Below, piece after piece: positions 17,452 through 36,924 of a stretch of DNA of 64,000 bases; position 1 is the stretch's first letter; every line of letters begins with the position of its first letter. A model generated the notes under the pieces. That model was not told where the DNA came from. It saw nothing but the letters and a program-made list of their open reading frames with translations, and searched no databases. A program made the position numbers and the translations under genes. The stretch comes from Eledone cirrhosa (lineage: Eukaryota): assembly GCA_964016885.1 (NCBI GenBank), contig OZ024745.1, forward strand, positions 57,660,001 to 57,724,000, read 5' to 3'.

Positions 17452-17534
17452 ACCTTCTGACGAGAATCCCCTTCACAATGGGGCCCGCCTGGATTATCCA
17501 TTTATATTGGGATTTTAAACCGCGCGGTATGGGA
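17452..17534 (+). ncRNA. Degenerate copy of the family A hammerhead (GAAA>TAAA)
   Basis: ACCTT-CTGACGA-GAATCCC...GGGATTT-TAAA-CCGCGCGG-TA-TGGGA. Confidence 0.65.
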
Positions 17535-17602
17535 ACATATAGTAAGTAGAGCACTCTTTTTAAAATTTATTTTAAAACTTTTTCTCTATTTGCTAAACCT
17601 TG

Positions 17603-17800
<198 letters not shown>

Positions 17801-18026
17801 AATATATATACATATCTGCTGGAAATTGATTGACATATATATACACCTAAAAAAAACACATAAAACAATCACAGGGGATAATTTGTAAAGTGTGTAAGCA
17901 CACACAGCTAGGTAGGTAACTAATTAAAATTTAACTACAACTTCAAATATAGAATCCTTTTAAAATGATTAATCTTCCTTGCATATGGCGGATGTCTCGG
18001 ATATGACACGCTTAATTTAATTTTGG

Positions 18027-18076
<50 letters not shown>

Positions 18077-18788
18077 TTACACACACACACACACATTCAC
18101 ACACACATATGTACATAGACGTGTTTTTATAGTTGTTGGTGTTGTGTTCACTCACTTCAAAGCTACGTTTAGATAGATATATGCACAGTGGTACATATCT
18201 GCAATTAGATTATCCAATATTACCTTTAACGTTTGTGCTATGAATTAAAAAAGAAACGTGGATATTATTCCTATCGAGCTAAACAATTACATAGAGACCC
18301 CAATTGTCATGTGTGCGTATATGTGTTACTTTGATGATGTGTAGATGGAACTGCATGTTTGTTGCTGATGTTCATTTGGTCCACGTTGATTGTGCTCGAG
18401 TGGACAAAAGATCAAAGAAATTCTAATGGCATAATTATATGATGTAGTGCATTTGCGAAAGTATAGTAATTTGTTATATCCATAAATCAGATAATTCTCA
18501 AGTTTCCGCTTTAAATTTGTATTAATATTTTTTAACGCATTCCTTTGGAATAAATTAATGAAATCATTGGTGTGTTCAGAATGTACCCAAATCTTTAATC
18601 TATGAATTCGGCATCTTGTGATAAGTACTGCGTTGCTGGCATAGTTTGATCCAACGAATAACCTTAACACATCACTAGCATGGGGCATATATCCCAGTAT
18701 ACAACTCCACACCATATATATACACATATATATATATATATATATATACATATATATATACATATATATATATACATATATATAGTAT

Positions 18789-18815
18789 GAGCAGTTGAAG
18801 TATAAAGACGTGTTT
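18789..18815 (+). promoter_or_regulatory. Candidate internal Pol II promoter of the LINE (Inr-like GCAGTT, downstream AGACGTG)
   Basis: Motifs at the extreme 5' end resemble the Inr/downstream elements of invertebrate LINE 5' ends. Inference only. Confidence 0.35.
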
Positions 18816-18889
18816 TTACTTCTCTCCCCGAGTAAGCAGCAAGTCACACAGCCACAAAACAAAACCACAAAACAAAACCAAACAAACAA

Positions 18890-18991
18890 AAATTGACCGG
18901 TTAATACATTTACATACATCTATATTATTATATATTTGAAAATTGACCGGTTAATACATTTACATACATCTATATTATTATATATTTGAAA
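18890..18991. repeat. 50-bp tandem duplication in the LINE 5' UTR
   Basis: aaattgaccggttaatacatttacatacatctatattattatatatttga x2. Confidence 0.9.
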
Positions 18992-19237
18992 CCACGTGTT
19001 TACCAACTTGTGAGTACATTTGCCTTTAACTACAAATTATTATATACTTTCGTCTTTTCATTAATTTAATTAATTTCAAATAACCAGAATATACATATAT
19101 ATATATATACTCATATTTATATATATACTCTTCTCACTCACACACAAGAAAAACAAAAAACAAAAATAAATAAAAAAAAATATATATATATATATATATT
19201 GAAATACTTAACTAAAACACACACACTCAAAACTAGA

Positions 19238-20409
19238 ATGGCTAACCAGCAAAAATCCAAACAGAACTGGTCTGACAATGAAATCGACATTCTAATAAAC
19301 ACATGGCATTGCCTTACCCAAAGAGAAGACATAGATGCTTCATGTCTGAACGACATTGCTAAACGTACAGTTCAACTTTTGAAAACCCGATCTGAACAAC
19401 AGATTCAAAATAAATTAAAGCAAATCGAAATTGCTTTTAAATTAATCAATAAACATTTGGATAAACTACGGTGTGTTTTTTCTTCGGATGCTGTCCAGCA
19501 GCAGCAACAACAACAACAGCAGCTACAACGGCAACAACAACAACAGCTACAACAACAACAGCAACAACAACATCAACAACAGCAACAACAACAACGACAA
19601 CAACAACAACAGTGTGAACCACTCCTTGATTCATCGACAATGGCCGATCTACTAAATGAAACTATTGACCTCCCAGTAGCCTCTGTCTCACAGCAGGAAA
19701 CGCCACATCCTTTCTCTGGCCCAGCAGTCCAATCATCACCACTGCCAACATCTTCTTCTCTGCCTACTACTACTACTACTACTACAAAATCTTTGCCTAC
19801 TGCTATCTCAAGGAATTTACCTTCTAATACCAGTACAAGAACTCTCCCTCCCACAGTCCACAAAGGTCGTCAAATCCTACTCAAACCATCATCTACACCT
19901 CTCACAACACACACACCCACATACCCACCCACTCGAAACCCCATAATTTGCCGCTACTCTCTACGCTATAGAATATGTACGGATAGTGGCTGCAAATTCA
20001 CCCATTTACCTAGGACAAAACGGTCTATCCCACAAACAGCCACCACCATAATACATACTCTAATTTAACTCCAACACAACCACCAATAACTCAAACAAGG
20101 AATCCACAAATCTGCCGCTTTTCCCTGCGAGACAGATTGTGTTTAGACCGGGATTGTCCCTTTACCCATCTCCCGGGGATCCGTCAGACAAATGAAAATA
20201 AAATAAAAAATAAAAGCAAAAACAAAAACCATAACCTACATAAAAATAACCACTACCACAGTCACCAACAGTCTTCTAAACAGGAAACTTCTTCCTCTTT
20301 TTTAGCCATAATGAATCTGGCAAAAGAACTGGAAAAAAACATTCAAGCTATCACCCAGCACCATCCTCCACTATCACCCCACTGCACAAACTCCCATTGC
20401 TGCCATTAA
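19238..20409 (+). pseudogene. LINE ORF1: Myb/SANT-like N-terminus, poly-Q, Thr/Pro-rich linker, two CCCH zinc fingers (frameshift near 20050-20100)
   Basis: ATG at 19238; NWSDNEIDILINTW..RSEQQIQNKLKQI; CRYSLRYRICTDSGCKFTH and CRFSLRDRLCLDRDCPFTH. Confidence 0.75.
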
Positions 20410-23348
20410 CAAACAAACAAATTATCAACACACCAAAACAATTAAAACCATCCACTCTCGCCTCTACATTTTTGCTTAACGCCCAAGGCATCAGCCCTTC
20501 CACCAATACTCAAAAATGGAAGATCAAATTCCTGGAGGACTGGATTGATGTCCATCCAAACCACATCCCTTTCTTCGTCCTCACTGAAACCCATCTCAGT
20601 AACCTCCACTTGGAAGCCGAGGTGAAAGTGAACAATTTCAAAGCCATCCGTGCTGATCGCGCTGGCAGAAGAAAGGGCGGGACTGCCATTTATGTCCATA
20701 ATTCTTTCTCAACAGAGGCTATGAACATATTCACTAATGGATACTGCGAAGCACTCACTGTATTCAGTCAAACCAACAACCTAATAGTAGTTGGGCTCTA
20801 TAGGCCACCCCAAACGCCTGTACCATGCTTCAAGGAATTTTTCAACAGCATAAAGTGTTTCATCCAAGAGTGTCACCCTGACAACATCTTAATGATGGGG
20901 GACTTCAACCTCCCCGGAGTTGACTGGTCCACAAACAGCCTGCTACCAGGTTCTTCTGCCTCAACCTCTGACAGGGAAGCAGTGGAATCGCTTCTTGACT
21001 TCATGGATGATTTCTTCCTATCCCAACTGGTGCTCGAACCAACGAGGTGCCACAAAAACGTCCTAGACTTAATTTTCAGCAATCACACTGACAATATCCA
21101 CAATATTGCAGTGGAGAAAACTCTACTCTTTGATCATGACATGGTTCTCTGTGATCTGAGATTCCACCGTCCAATATACAAACCCAATGTCATCTCTCCT
21201 GTCCATCCGTTTGACGCTATGGATTTCCACAATGCAAACTGGGAAGCGATCAGTCATGATCTTTCACATGTCGACTGGTCCTTCACGCACACTCATACAC
21301 CCACTAACATCAAAAAGTCCTGGCAGACATTTGTGGACACTGTTACAAACATATGTGCAAAACACACCCCATTAAGAACTATAAACAAATCTAAGAGCAG
21401 AATCCCTAGAAATAGAAAAACGCTCATCAGAAAAATTAAGAGAACGAACAAAAAAATCAACAAGCTGAAATACTGTCAGCAACAACACATCAACTTGACT
21501 GCCATTTCATCACTAGAGATTAAAAAACATAACCTCCAAAAACAACATAATGTCTCTCATCAACAATCAGAGAAGAGCTGAAGAGGTGTGGGCCATTGAG
21601 AAGATCAAACTCAATCCCAAAGTGTTCTTTTCATTTGCAAAAAAACACAAAATCACTGGCTCTACTGTTGTGCCTCTAATTGATGAAAATGGCACTCTTC
21701 AAGACAATGCGAAAACCATGGGTGAGATACTGCAGAAACAATACTGCTCTATTTTCAGCAATCCTGATATGGCCGATCTGGGCTGTATCGGCGATGTTAC
21801 TCCCCATTACACCTTATCGGACATAACGTTTGGCGCCCCTGATGTCTTAGCGGCAATAAAGGAAATCAAGCATAATTCAGCAGTAGGTCCCGATAGGTTC
21901 CCTGCTTGTGTCTTGAAGGCGTGTCAACACCAACTTGCATCTCCTCTTGCCAATCTGTGGCGGAACTCACTGGATGCTCGATATGTGCCAGAAAACCTTC
22001 TATCCCAGTCTGTTGTCCCAGTTTTCAAAAAAGGAAACAAATCCCTGGGCGTGAATTACCGTCCAATCTCACTCACCTCTCATATCATTAAGGTATTTGA
22101 GAGAGTGGTGAGATCGCGAATGACCCACTTCCTTGAGAGTAACAATATGCTGAACTCCAACCAGCATGGATTCCGTAATGGAAGGGATTGCCTGACGCAG
22201 CTACTGCATCACTTTGATGACATTTTGAGAGCCTTGGGAGAGGGTTCCAACACTGATGTTATCTACCTTGATTTCAGCAAGGCCTTTGACAGGGTTGATC
22301 ATAACATTCTACTGAGAAAACTGTCCAATATTGGTGTCACTGGAAAGCTGCTGCAGTGGATCAAGAGCTTCCTGTCAAACAGAACCCAACATGTTGTATT
22401 TGAAGGAGTCAAATCCAGCCCAGCCAAAGTCAGTAGTGTGGTCCCACAAGGCACTGTGTTGGGCCCACTTCTCTTCACCATCTATATTAATGACATCACT
22501 GACATCATCAAACACAGCAACATTAACATTTTCGCTGATGATTCAAAGCTCCAAAAGGTCATCAATGGCGGATAAGCCTTCAGTCAGACCTACTGGCTGT
22601 TACCCAAAGGGCGGAAAAGAACAACATGTTACTGAACGAAGACAAATTCGAACTGATCCACTTTGGAAAAGAGGATGCTCTGAAACTCCCGTACTCCCTT
22701 CCCTCCGGGGAAACTCTCGTGGCATCTAACAACATCAGAGACTTGGGAGTAACCGTGGACAGCAACAAAAGCTGGGCCACGCATATAAGCAGCAAAGTTG
22801 ACATGGCCCGCAGAATGTGTTCCTGGATCCTCAGAACCTTCCAGTCGAGAGATTCCCACACCATTATCCTTCTCTTCTCTACTTTTGCCCGACCACACCT
22901 TGAATACTGTTGTCCACTGTGGTCTCCCCACACGAAACAAAGTATCATGAAACTTGAAGCTCCTCAAAGGGCAATTACGAAAAAGATAGATGGCATGTCA
23001 GACCTTGACTACTGGGGTCGACTAGAAAAGCTGAAACTTTACTCACTCCAACGTCACCGTGAGCGTTATATTATCTGCATGATGTGGAAAATGTTCCATC
23101 ATCACTGCCCAATACAAAAATCTAAATCGCAACTCATAACAACAATACGGCACAATTATTTCACCTCAATTGGCCCTGCTCTCTTCAACATCACACTAGG
23201 ACACGTCAAAACAGAAACTGACCACACAAAATTCAAGAAGTCTTTGGACAAATTCCTCCAAGTAATCCCGGACAAACCACCCACACCCGGATATGTCTCC
23301 GCAAAAAGTAATTCTCTTCTCGAATGGGCCATGGTGCCCAAATCCTGA
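20397..23348 (+). pseudogene. LINE ORF2 (APE endonuclease plus RT), frameshifts near 21550 and 22570, 60-bp deletion near 23110
   Basis: LLNAQG, LTETHL, GGTAIYV, GLYRPP, MGDFN, PTR..VLDLIF, FDHDMV, then RT motifs as in the 6899 copy. Confidence 0.95.
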
Positions 23349-23437
23349 ATTGAAAGACTTCGCCAGCTGGTGGTATTAAGTTAGACATGGCCTGGGCCAA
23401 TACTGGCCAGAACATTTCAAAGTTATTCAAAGTTATT

Positions 23438-28177
<4,740 letters not shown>

Positions 28178-29410
28178 GTACGGGTGATGAGAAATGTGTC
28201 CCGCATGTGCAACCCCGAAGAACTAGAGAGACACATAGAACACTTCATCCACCGTATGCAGTTCTCTGGATACAATCAGAGAGATAGAATCAGAGTGTAT
28301 AGAGGAGCCAGAACCAAATGGGAAAAAATGGTAAATAATGACATAAATGTGACCTGCCCCTTGTAGAGGAGCAAATTTTGGAATAGAATAGAAAGTACTA
28401 GGAACAAGGCCAATAGAATAAACTCATGGTATGATAGCAATAAATACCAGAGTGTAACGTTCATCGATACAACCCCTAGAGGCGAACTAGCCTACAAATT
28501 TAGAAGGGCCCTAAATAAACATAAACTCAATATTAAGATAGTAGAAAGACCAGGTACCTCCGTAAAAACACTTATTAGCAAGACATACCCGTTTCAAAGA
28601 CCCTCATGTATAGATAAGAAATGTATAACCTGTAAAATAAGCCCCCATATTAACTGTAAAACTAGAAATGTAGTGTATAGCATAATATGTACTGAAGGAC
28701 AATGTAGAAACAAAAATATAGTGTACATAGGTGAAACAGCTCGTAGTATAGGGGAACGGATAAATGAACACTGGCGAGACCTTCAAGATAATAAAGAATC
28801 ATCTGTACTCTACCAACAGGCTAAGATAGAACACAAGGGTAAATTAGAGAACATAGAAATAAAAATAGAATCTACACACAGAAAAGATGCAATGTTTAGA
28901 CAAATTACAGAGGCAATAAAAATAAAAGAATTACAACCAAAATTAAATAGAAAATATGAGTGGAACAGCAACATCACAACTTACAATTAAGGACAAAATG
29001 AAAACACACACACACATAGAACAAACAACCAACCAGTAACATGTAAATAAATAAATAAACAAATAGAAAAATGAACACAAACACACACAGACACCCGGAT
29101 GTGGCGCATGCGCAAACTGAGCACACAACACACACACACAGAAACAAAATGGCGTAGGACAGAAGAAAGGAAAGGCACAGAAACATAGAAAGGAATCCCC
29201 AGTCACTGAAGAGGTCACAGAGTGTGTGACGAAAGGACTATGACTATATATAAACAACTATCTGGTTGTGGAACCAACCAACCAACCAGAAGTTTATAAA
29301 TTTGTAGATTTGTAAATTTATAAATTTATAAATATATAATAAATTGAAGTGAAAGCAACTGGTGCGTGTGTTTCTTATTGGCAACATGACCCTCCCAAAT
29401 TAAAACAATA
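28178..29410 (+). mobile_element. Inverted 3' fragment (thumb, GIY-YIG, pLTR) of the same Neptune-like PLE
   Basis: Reverse complement of ~24160-25366. ORF 28673..28990 encodes YIGETARS..EH..RQITEA..LNRKYEW. Confidence 0.93.
29201..29245 (+). ncRNA. Minimal type I hammerhead ribozyme in the pLTR
   Basis: AGTCA-CTGAAGA-G-GTCACA-GAGTG-TGTGAC-GAAA-GGAC-TA-TGACT. Confidence 0.85.
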
Positions 29411-30795
<1,385 letters not shown>

Positions 30796-33700
30796 CATAT
30801 ATATATACATATATATATATACATATATGTATATAAAGACAGTGTGTGTCACAGAAACTTCACCAATGTGTTTATAATTTCTTTAATTGCAAGGAATTTC
30901 TTATTTTCTCGCATCTTTACTCGTCGGAAAATACCGAATCCCTGTAAATTATGGGAATTAAACACCTTTAGTCAATTTATGGTTATAATAGAACCCTCAT
31001 CATATCATCCAGTCAACAAGAAGTTAACATGTATTTGATGATTATATGTAACCACTTGCTCTGATATGCATATAATTAGCGTTCGTGTTGGTAATTAATT
31101 AAGATATATATTATGAACTGCGCTAGCTGTCGAGGTGGCTGGCAATCAGAAATGTTTTGATTGTCTAATATTTTTCTATTGGACATTATATGTTGTGAAG
31201 TTAATATTTAATGTTTACTTATGTGGTTCTCGTTCATGTCTACCGTCCAAGGAACGAGATTTATTGGATTGTGTGTGGTCATAAAGAGTAAAGCAACTCC
31301 AGTGAAGAATGATATATAGGAAAACGTGATACAATAGGATATCAAAATTATGTGGCCGTCATGATTATCAATGGTTATGTTAAATTAGTGTCGTATTTTG
31401 ATACTGATTACGGTATTCGCCAAAAATGATCTTTTTCTGAAAGATTATTAACTATTTTATTACAATCCAAAATTAAATTACTAATCGGGATTCATCAGAA
31501 TTTATAAATGGGAGTAGCTGTAGGGAACTTGGGAAAGTATTATGCAATTATTTTAGCTTAATATTTATAACAGCAGATTGCGCAAACTGGAAACGAGTTA
31601 AATCAGTGAATAGAATTCAGCAAAGATTATGTTAGTTTTCAGGCCTTTCCAGCAATCATGGATACTCAAATATCATGTTAAATCTTATGATTTAAGAAGC
31701 AACATATTCTTGGAAGGATTTGGCCATCAAACAAATGGATTTTGCTGGAATTATTTGTTATATCGTGTTGTGCATTTGATTATAAAGTTTATTTTATTAA
31801 TCAATTAAGCTTTAATATAAAAAATTCGTAGTACAATTACGAACTATAATATAGTGTCTCTTAACAAATATTATGTTTCGATATGAGACTTCGGTTATTT
31901 AGCAGTAAAAGGTAAGTTGCAGAAAGTATCTGCACACACATTTGTAAAACAAAATTTCAAAGATTGTTTTGTGCGATAAAACAATTTCTGTCTAGACATG
32001 TTTCTGAGACACGGAGAAAGTTAGTAACATACTTTATTTACGAAATCTGAATGCTACATGTTTATAGAAATATATTCTACATCCTGTAATGACGTTTTAT
32101 TTGATGCAATATGGTGATAAAGATGGAAAAAATAATATGCAAAATGTGTATAAGACAACAATTCAAACATAACATAACAATTTAGATAAATGGTACATGT
32201 AATATTGTATATTAATAAAATCATTACAGGCAATATTAAAATGATGAATAGATAAAAAATTGTAGAAGATGAAGAAATAACTTAACAGCCTCAAGTGCAT
32301 GAAGTATTAGTTTTCTCTAAAATGATTAGGTTTACTTTCAGTTAAAAGATAAATTGCAATGGAATTGTTTTATAATAAATTAATAGATAACTTTGGAAAG
32401 AGAAAGCATTTAGGAAAGGAACTTTTTGTAGTATATAAATACATTTTTTCATGTTTATATTTTGATTATATAATATATAATACGCAAGTTTTCTCTTTAC
32501 TTTCAAATTTATTTATAATTAGTTTAGCCACTGATACTATATAAAAATAATTGAGTAGTGTCCAATAAAATCAAAACAAATTATTAAAGGGAACAAAATA
32601 AGAATAAGGACATCAAAAGAAACAAGGATCAAGCACCAAAATGAAGGGGGAAGGGAGAAGGACAGACACTACATTTCAGTCTGAGTAATGCCTAAGCCGT
32701 GCCCTTCCGACAAACTGGTAAAGACATTACAGTGGAGAATAGACACAGACAACTCTCTGCAACAGCCACTCCACCCCACGGGGCTTTCTCCTTATTGATT
32801 GGTGAGGAGCCGTCTAATGAAGCGAAGTTGCCTTTGAGCGTCGAGGTCAAAGATCCTACCCAGTCATTGGTATACCAAGTATGAGCGAGACGGCCTGTTT
32901 GTTTCGAGCGTCTGGTCGATGGATCATACTAACGCTCGGCCATGAAAGCGCAGTCTTCCCTTGGGATCCTGATAATGACTTTCCGGGACTCTCTAAGGCA
33001 TCACTACCAAAACCTCGTCCGGGATGAGTATTATTAGGACGTCATTCTGACTTGACAATATACATCTATGCCTGCGGATCAACCTGAGGTTTCGGGGGTT
33101 TAAACATCATGGGGCTGGGTCTAGTTAGTAAGTATGACTGATTTATGAGTTAATACATGTATACATGTATTAGAGAGATTGAGAAATGGATAGAGAGTGG
33201 GGTGAGAGGATGAGATAAATTGTGAAAAAAACAAATGAACATCAACCGGAGAGAAGCTGGCTAATAGCATTCAACAAGTATATCGTAGCAGTATTTAACG
33301 ATGAGTCCAGTATCGAAAAGTTTAGTGATAGTGAGAATTGATCTTTGAACACAAGTTATACAGAGAACTTGTTTTGGTGTGGTTTCACACCAAAGCTTTA
33401 TTTCTGGAGATGTTCAATATTTATTTGTTCAGATATCACAACCGCAGGATATTAAATGATATCTATGTATTACAAGAATCCCAATCGAAAATAAAACAGA
33501 ACGCTCATCTTTGATACTCTTTTAAACAAACCTGTGTTCAGTGATATCTCAACAATGAAATATCAATATAAGTTATGATGAAAGCTAATTTTCTCCACTA
33601 ATGCCTCCCAAAATATTGGATATTAATCCAGGTTTGTGAATTCAAAACATTAACAACATATATGTTTACACAGACAAACATTATATATATATATGTGTGT

Positions 33701-35094
33701 GCGCCTGTGTGTGTGTAAAAGGTAAACAGAAATAACAACACAATCGGTACAGTATATGGAAGGAAATACAAATACGTACGGAACAACCCAGAATTTACAT
33801 ATATGCTCATCTAATTTTGTATATTTAATAACACCAAGATATATCCCAGGTTTTCAGTCGATGTTCTCTTGTCCTACTCGCTGTAGAATAATCCATAAAT
33901 ATGGGAACTTCTATTTTCTGGATAATATTGGGTCATAGGATAAATGCAGGGACAGTATACACAAATATCCACTAATTAATTACTTTCTTAAATGATTTAA
34001 CAATTGTTTTTAAACAGCTGTTGTAATCTAACATGCCAATTACTTGACAACAGACATCCTTATGCTTGAACATACTAACGATCTCTAGAAAAATATTTCT
34101 CTCGTCTTTAGAAGTACAAGCGAATCCTTTAAATAGGTATAACCCAGTATTAAAGATAAACGTTATCAGTATTGATATTGCCGCCGCATTCCTCCTGCCT
34201 TCACTGCTTAACTTTCGCATTTGGGGTAGGAAAAAAATTAACATATATACAAAAACTACGAAAGACTCGATCCATTCCAGGTATTCCACTGATGTACTGC
34301 GTTTCTCTAAGATCGCAATCATTTCATTGACAAGTTTTCTAGTGTCTGATAAAAGTGGATACAATTTGTTTGATTCTGTTGGTGAATCCATTATGATTTA
34401 CTGTATTTCATATTCATATGGGCGACATTTCTTCATTTATGTTTTTTCGATCCTTTCATCGACTCACATATGTTTTTGATTTGTTAGGTGGAGTAATATT
34501 TTAAAAACTACCACAACTCTAACAAAACATTAATAATTAAAACATTTGATAAAACGTATGACGTCAAAATTAACTGCAGCGTCCATTTTAAGCTTTATGA
34601 CGCATCAAAAATATACTGCATAAAGGATCACTCATTATTAAAGAAAGTTTTATAACAGTGAATTTAAGATATATATATACTACAAATATATATATAGTAA
34701 TAATAATAAATTTGAAGACTAAAATCCAAAGAGGGCTCAATACGGATAAATATATATCAAATATATAAACCCTTGAGATAATATTTATTAAATAACAGAT
34801 TAAAGATTAAGCAAAGCATCGCTGCTTTCACCCTTAACGGGATCTTCTGAAACTAAAACAATCAATCTGTGAACGCAGAGTAAATAATACGAAAAACATT
34901 GCAACCGAAGAAAAACAGGAAGACGATACTTTGGTTCGTGAAGACGTTTCCTGGCAATGAACGGAAAAAACGATGATAATACGTCATTATATGGAGCGTT
35001 AAGAACAATTACACGCAAAGACAAAACCACGTATATGGTATAAATGAAGTCGTAGACTAATTCTATTTACGAAACCGAATGATTTTCAGAGTTA

Positions 35095-35425
35095 AGAATA
35101 ATGATTTCTTATATAGGCACAAGGCAAGCAATTTTTGGGGAGGGGAAAATCGATTAAATCGACCCCAGTGTGAGACTGGTACATTATTTTATCGACCCCG
35201 TAAGGATGAAAAGCAAAGTTAACCTCGGCGGGATTTGTTAAGAATAATTGTTTCTACTTTTGGGCATAAGGCCAGCAATTACCCAGTACATTACTAGTAC
35301 TTTATTTTATCGACCCCGTAAGGATGAAAGGCAAATTTAACCTCGGCAGGATTCGAAGTCAGAATGGCAAGGGCCGTAACTCTATGTGTCAAAGCATAGT
35401 GTCCCGAAACTGACAGAGATTATTG
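35095..35425 (-). mobile_element. Two adjacent tRNA-derived SINE copies (octopus OK-like family)
   Basis: Conserved core cgaccccgtaaggatgaaaggcaaagttaacctcggcgggatt and tail ggcacaagg/tttcta. Confidence 0.85.
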
Positions 35426-36044
35426 AAATCAACAATAATTAAATAAATACATACACGCATCCAACGTACATACACATGCATACGCAAAAACACCTGCCAT
35501 GCTATGCATATACAAGCATGTACACATAAACACGCGCACACATACATAAAGCCGCGCGACACCTGAACCGGCACTCATACGAACGTATACACCAAATACA
35601 CATAAAAAAAAATATATATGTGTGTATACATATAATTATAAACGTTTATAAATATACACACATAAATACGTATATAACGCATGCACACATTATACGCTAC
35701 CTACAGGTAAATACACATATGTTAAACGTACGTTGACCGAAACACAAAGTACACAAATACACACCTTACATACGTGCAAACACGCATACACTCACAAACA
35801 CAAAATACACATATATACATAACCATATACAGATGTACCAGTATATATAATATATACACCTATAACAAATACAAGCAAATATACGTACGAGAAAGTATAC
35901 TTACCCTCACAAAACATACGGGTAAGGTATACTTACCTATACAAATAAGTAATGGTATAAACATAACATATACTTAGCTACCACATCAAGGCGTAAAATA
36001 TCCGCGTATTGTTCGTACTCTCCGTTAGCGTATAATGTGGGACT

Positions 36045-36570
36045 GTAATACAGGAAAGTGTTATGCAATTTACGTTTACAAGCCGAAATTGCCTCAGATT
36101 TTTTGTTCAAGATATGGTCATTGGCGTAGAGTATTTCCAGAACTTCAGCGGCGCAAAGATCGCATGGTCTTTTATTTCCGTTATACGATCTAGCCCTACC
36201 GAGGATCTCCCGGTAAACTTATATTGGATGTGGTTGTCTTATAGACTCCAGATATACGCTGAAATGTGGCGTCATATTCCTTCTTAAAAGGTTAAGAAAA
36301 GAATGGGATGCATGTAAAGACGCTGATTGAATCTATTGCGGTTAACCCTATGTAGGCCCTACGGGACGTGGGTGTTTCCGTCTTACATTTGTAGACCATG
36401 TTACTGGAGGGGCATATCCCGGATAGAGGGAATTCAACCCGATTCCTACAATTACAGTTAGTACTAGCTACAGAGTGGCACGTGTTGCTACGGCTAGGTA
36501 GTTTAGCTAAATTTGAAGCAGTGATGTTTTGTGCTAGGTAAGGAGTCGCACAGTAACATATTTAATAAAT
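36045..36570 (-). pseudogene. Decayed Hydra-like PLE GIY-YIG endonuclease remnant
   Basis: Across frameshifts the minus strand reads CNCRNRVEFPLSGIC..NMVYKCK..AYIGLT..SAYIWSL..EILGRARSYNGNKRPCDLCAAEVLEIL..ILNKKSEAISACKRKLHNTF, collinear with the 2198 ORF C-terminus. Confidence 0.8.
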
Positions 36571-36813
36571 ACATATATATAAATATATATATAAATAAAT
36601 ACAATATCGGAGAAAGCTTTTTAGCGATACTCCGGCCAAATTCCAACTCACTCAACAAACATTAGGAAATAAGTGATTATATTCCCAATTATGCGTTCGG
36701 GGTGCTAACTAAAAGTATTGCGTGGAAAATTGGCTGTATTATTTCATATGAGACATATCGAATATATCTAATATATCTCTTATATATTTATATATACATA
36801 TGCACACACAAAC

Positions 36814-36878
<65 letters not shown>

Positions 36879-36924
36879 AAAAGAATTTAGTTCCACAACA
36901 GTTAATAAACCATTTTAGAGGACA

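Larger units (their letters stand above)
18785..23437 (+). mobile_element. Apparently full-length CR1-group LINE
   Basis: 5' UTR begins right after (TA)n, followed by ORF1, ORF2 (APE+RT), the (TTCAAAGTTA)2 tail and then (TA)n. Confidence 0.95.

Noticed and set aside
18115-18715. TA-flanked unique segment with ORF 18326..18919 and a GTCCAC/GTGGAC hairpin
   Set aside because: No recognisable protein motif, the ORF crosses a microsatellite, and the HHR core is incomplete (CTGATGT).
19496-19611. Poly-Q suggesting a host transcription factor exon
   Set aside because: It lies within LINE ORF1, directly upstream of the APE-RT ORF2.
32640-33120. GC-richer island with faint LGIP..LRFIRRLL similarity to Tx1/L1 ORF2 on the minus strand
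   Set aside because: Too degenerate to call without an alignment.
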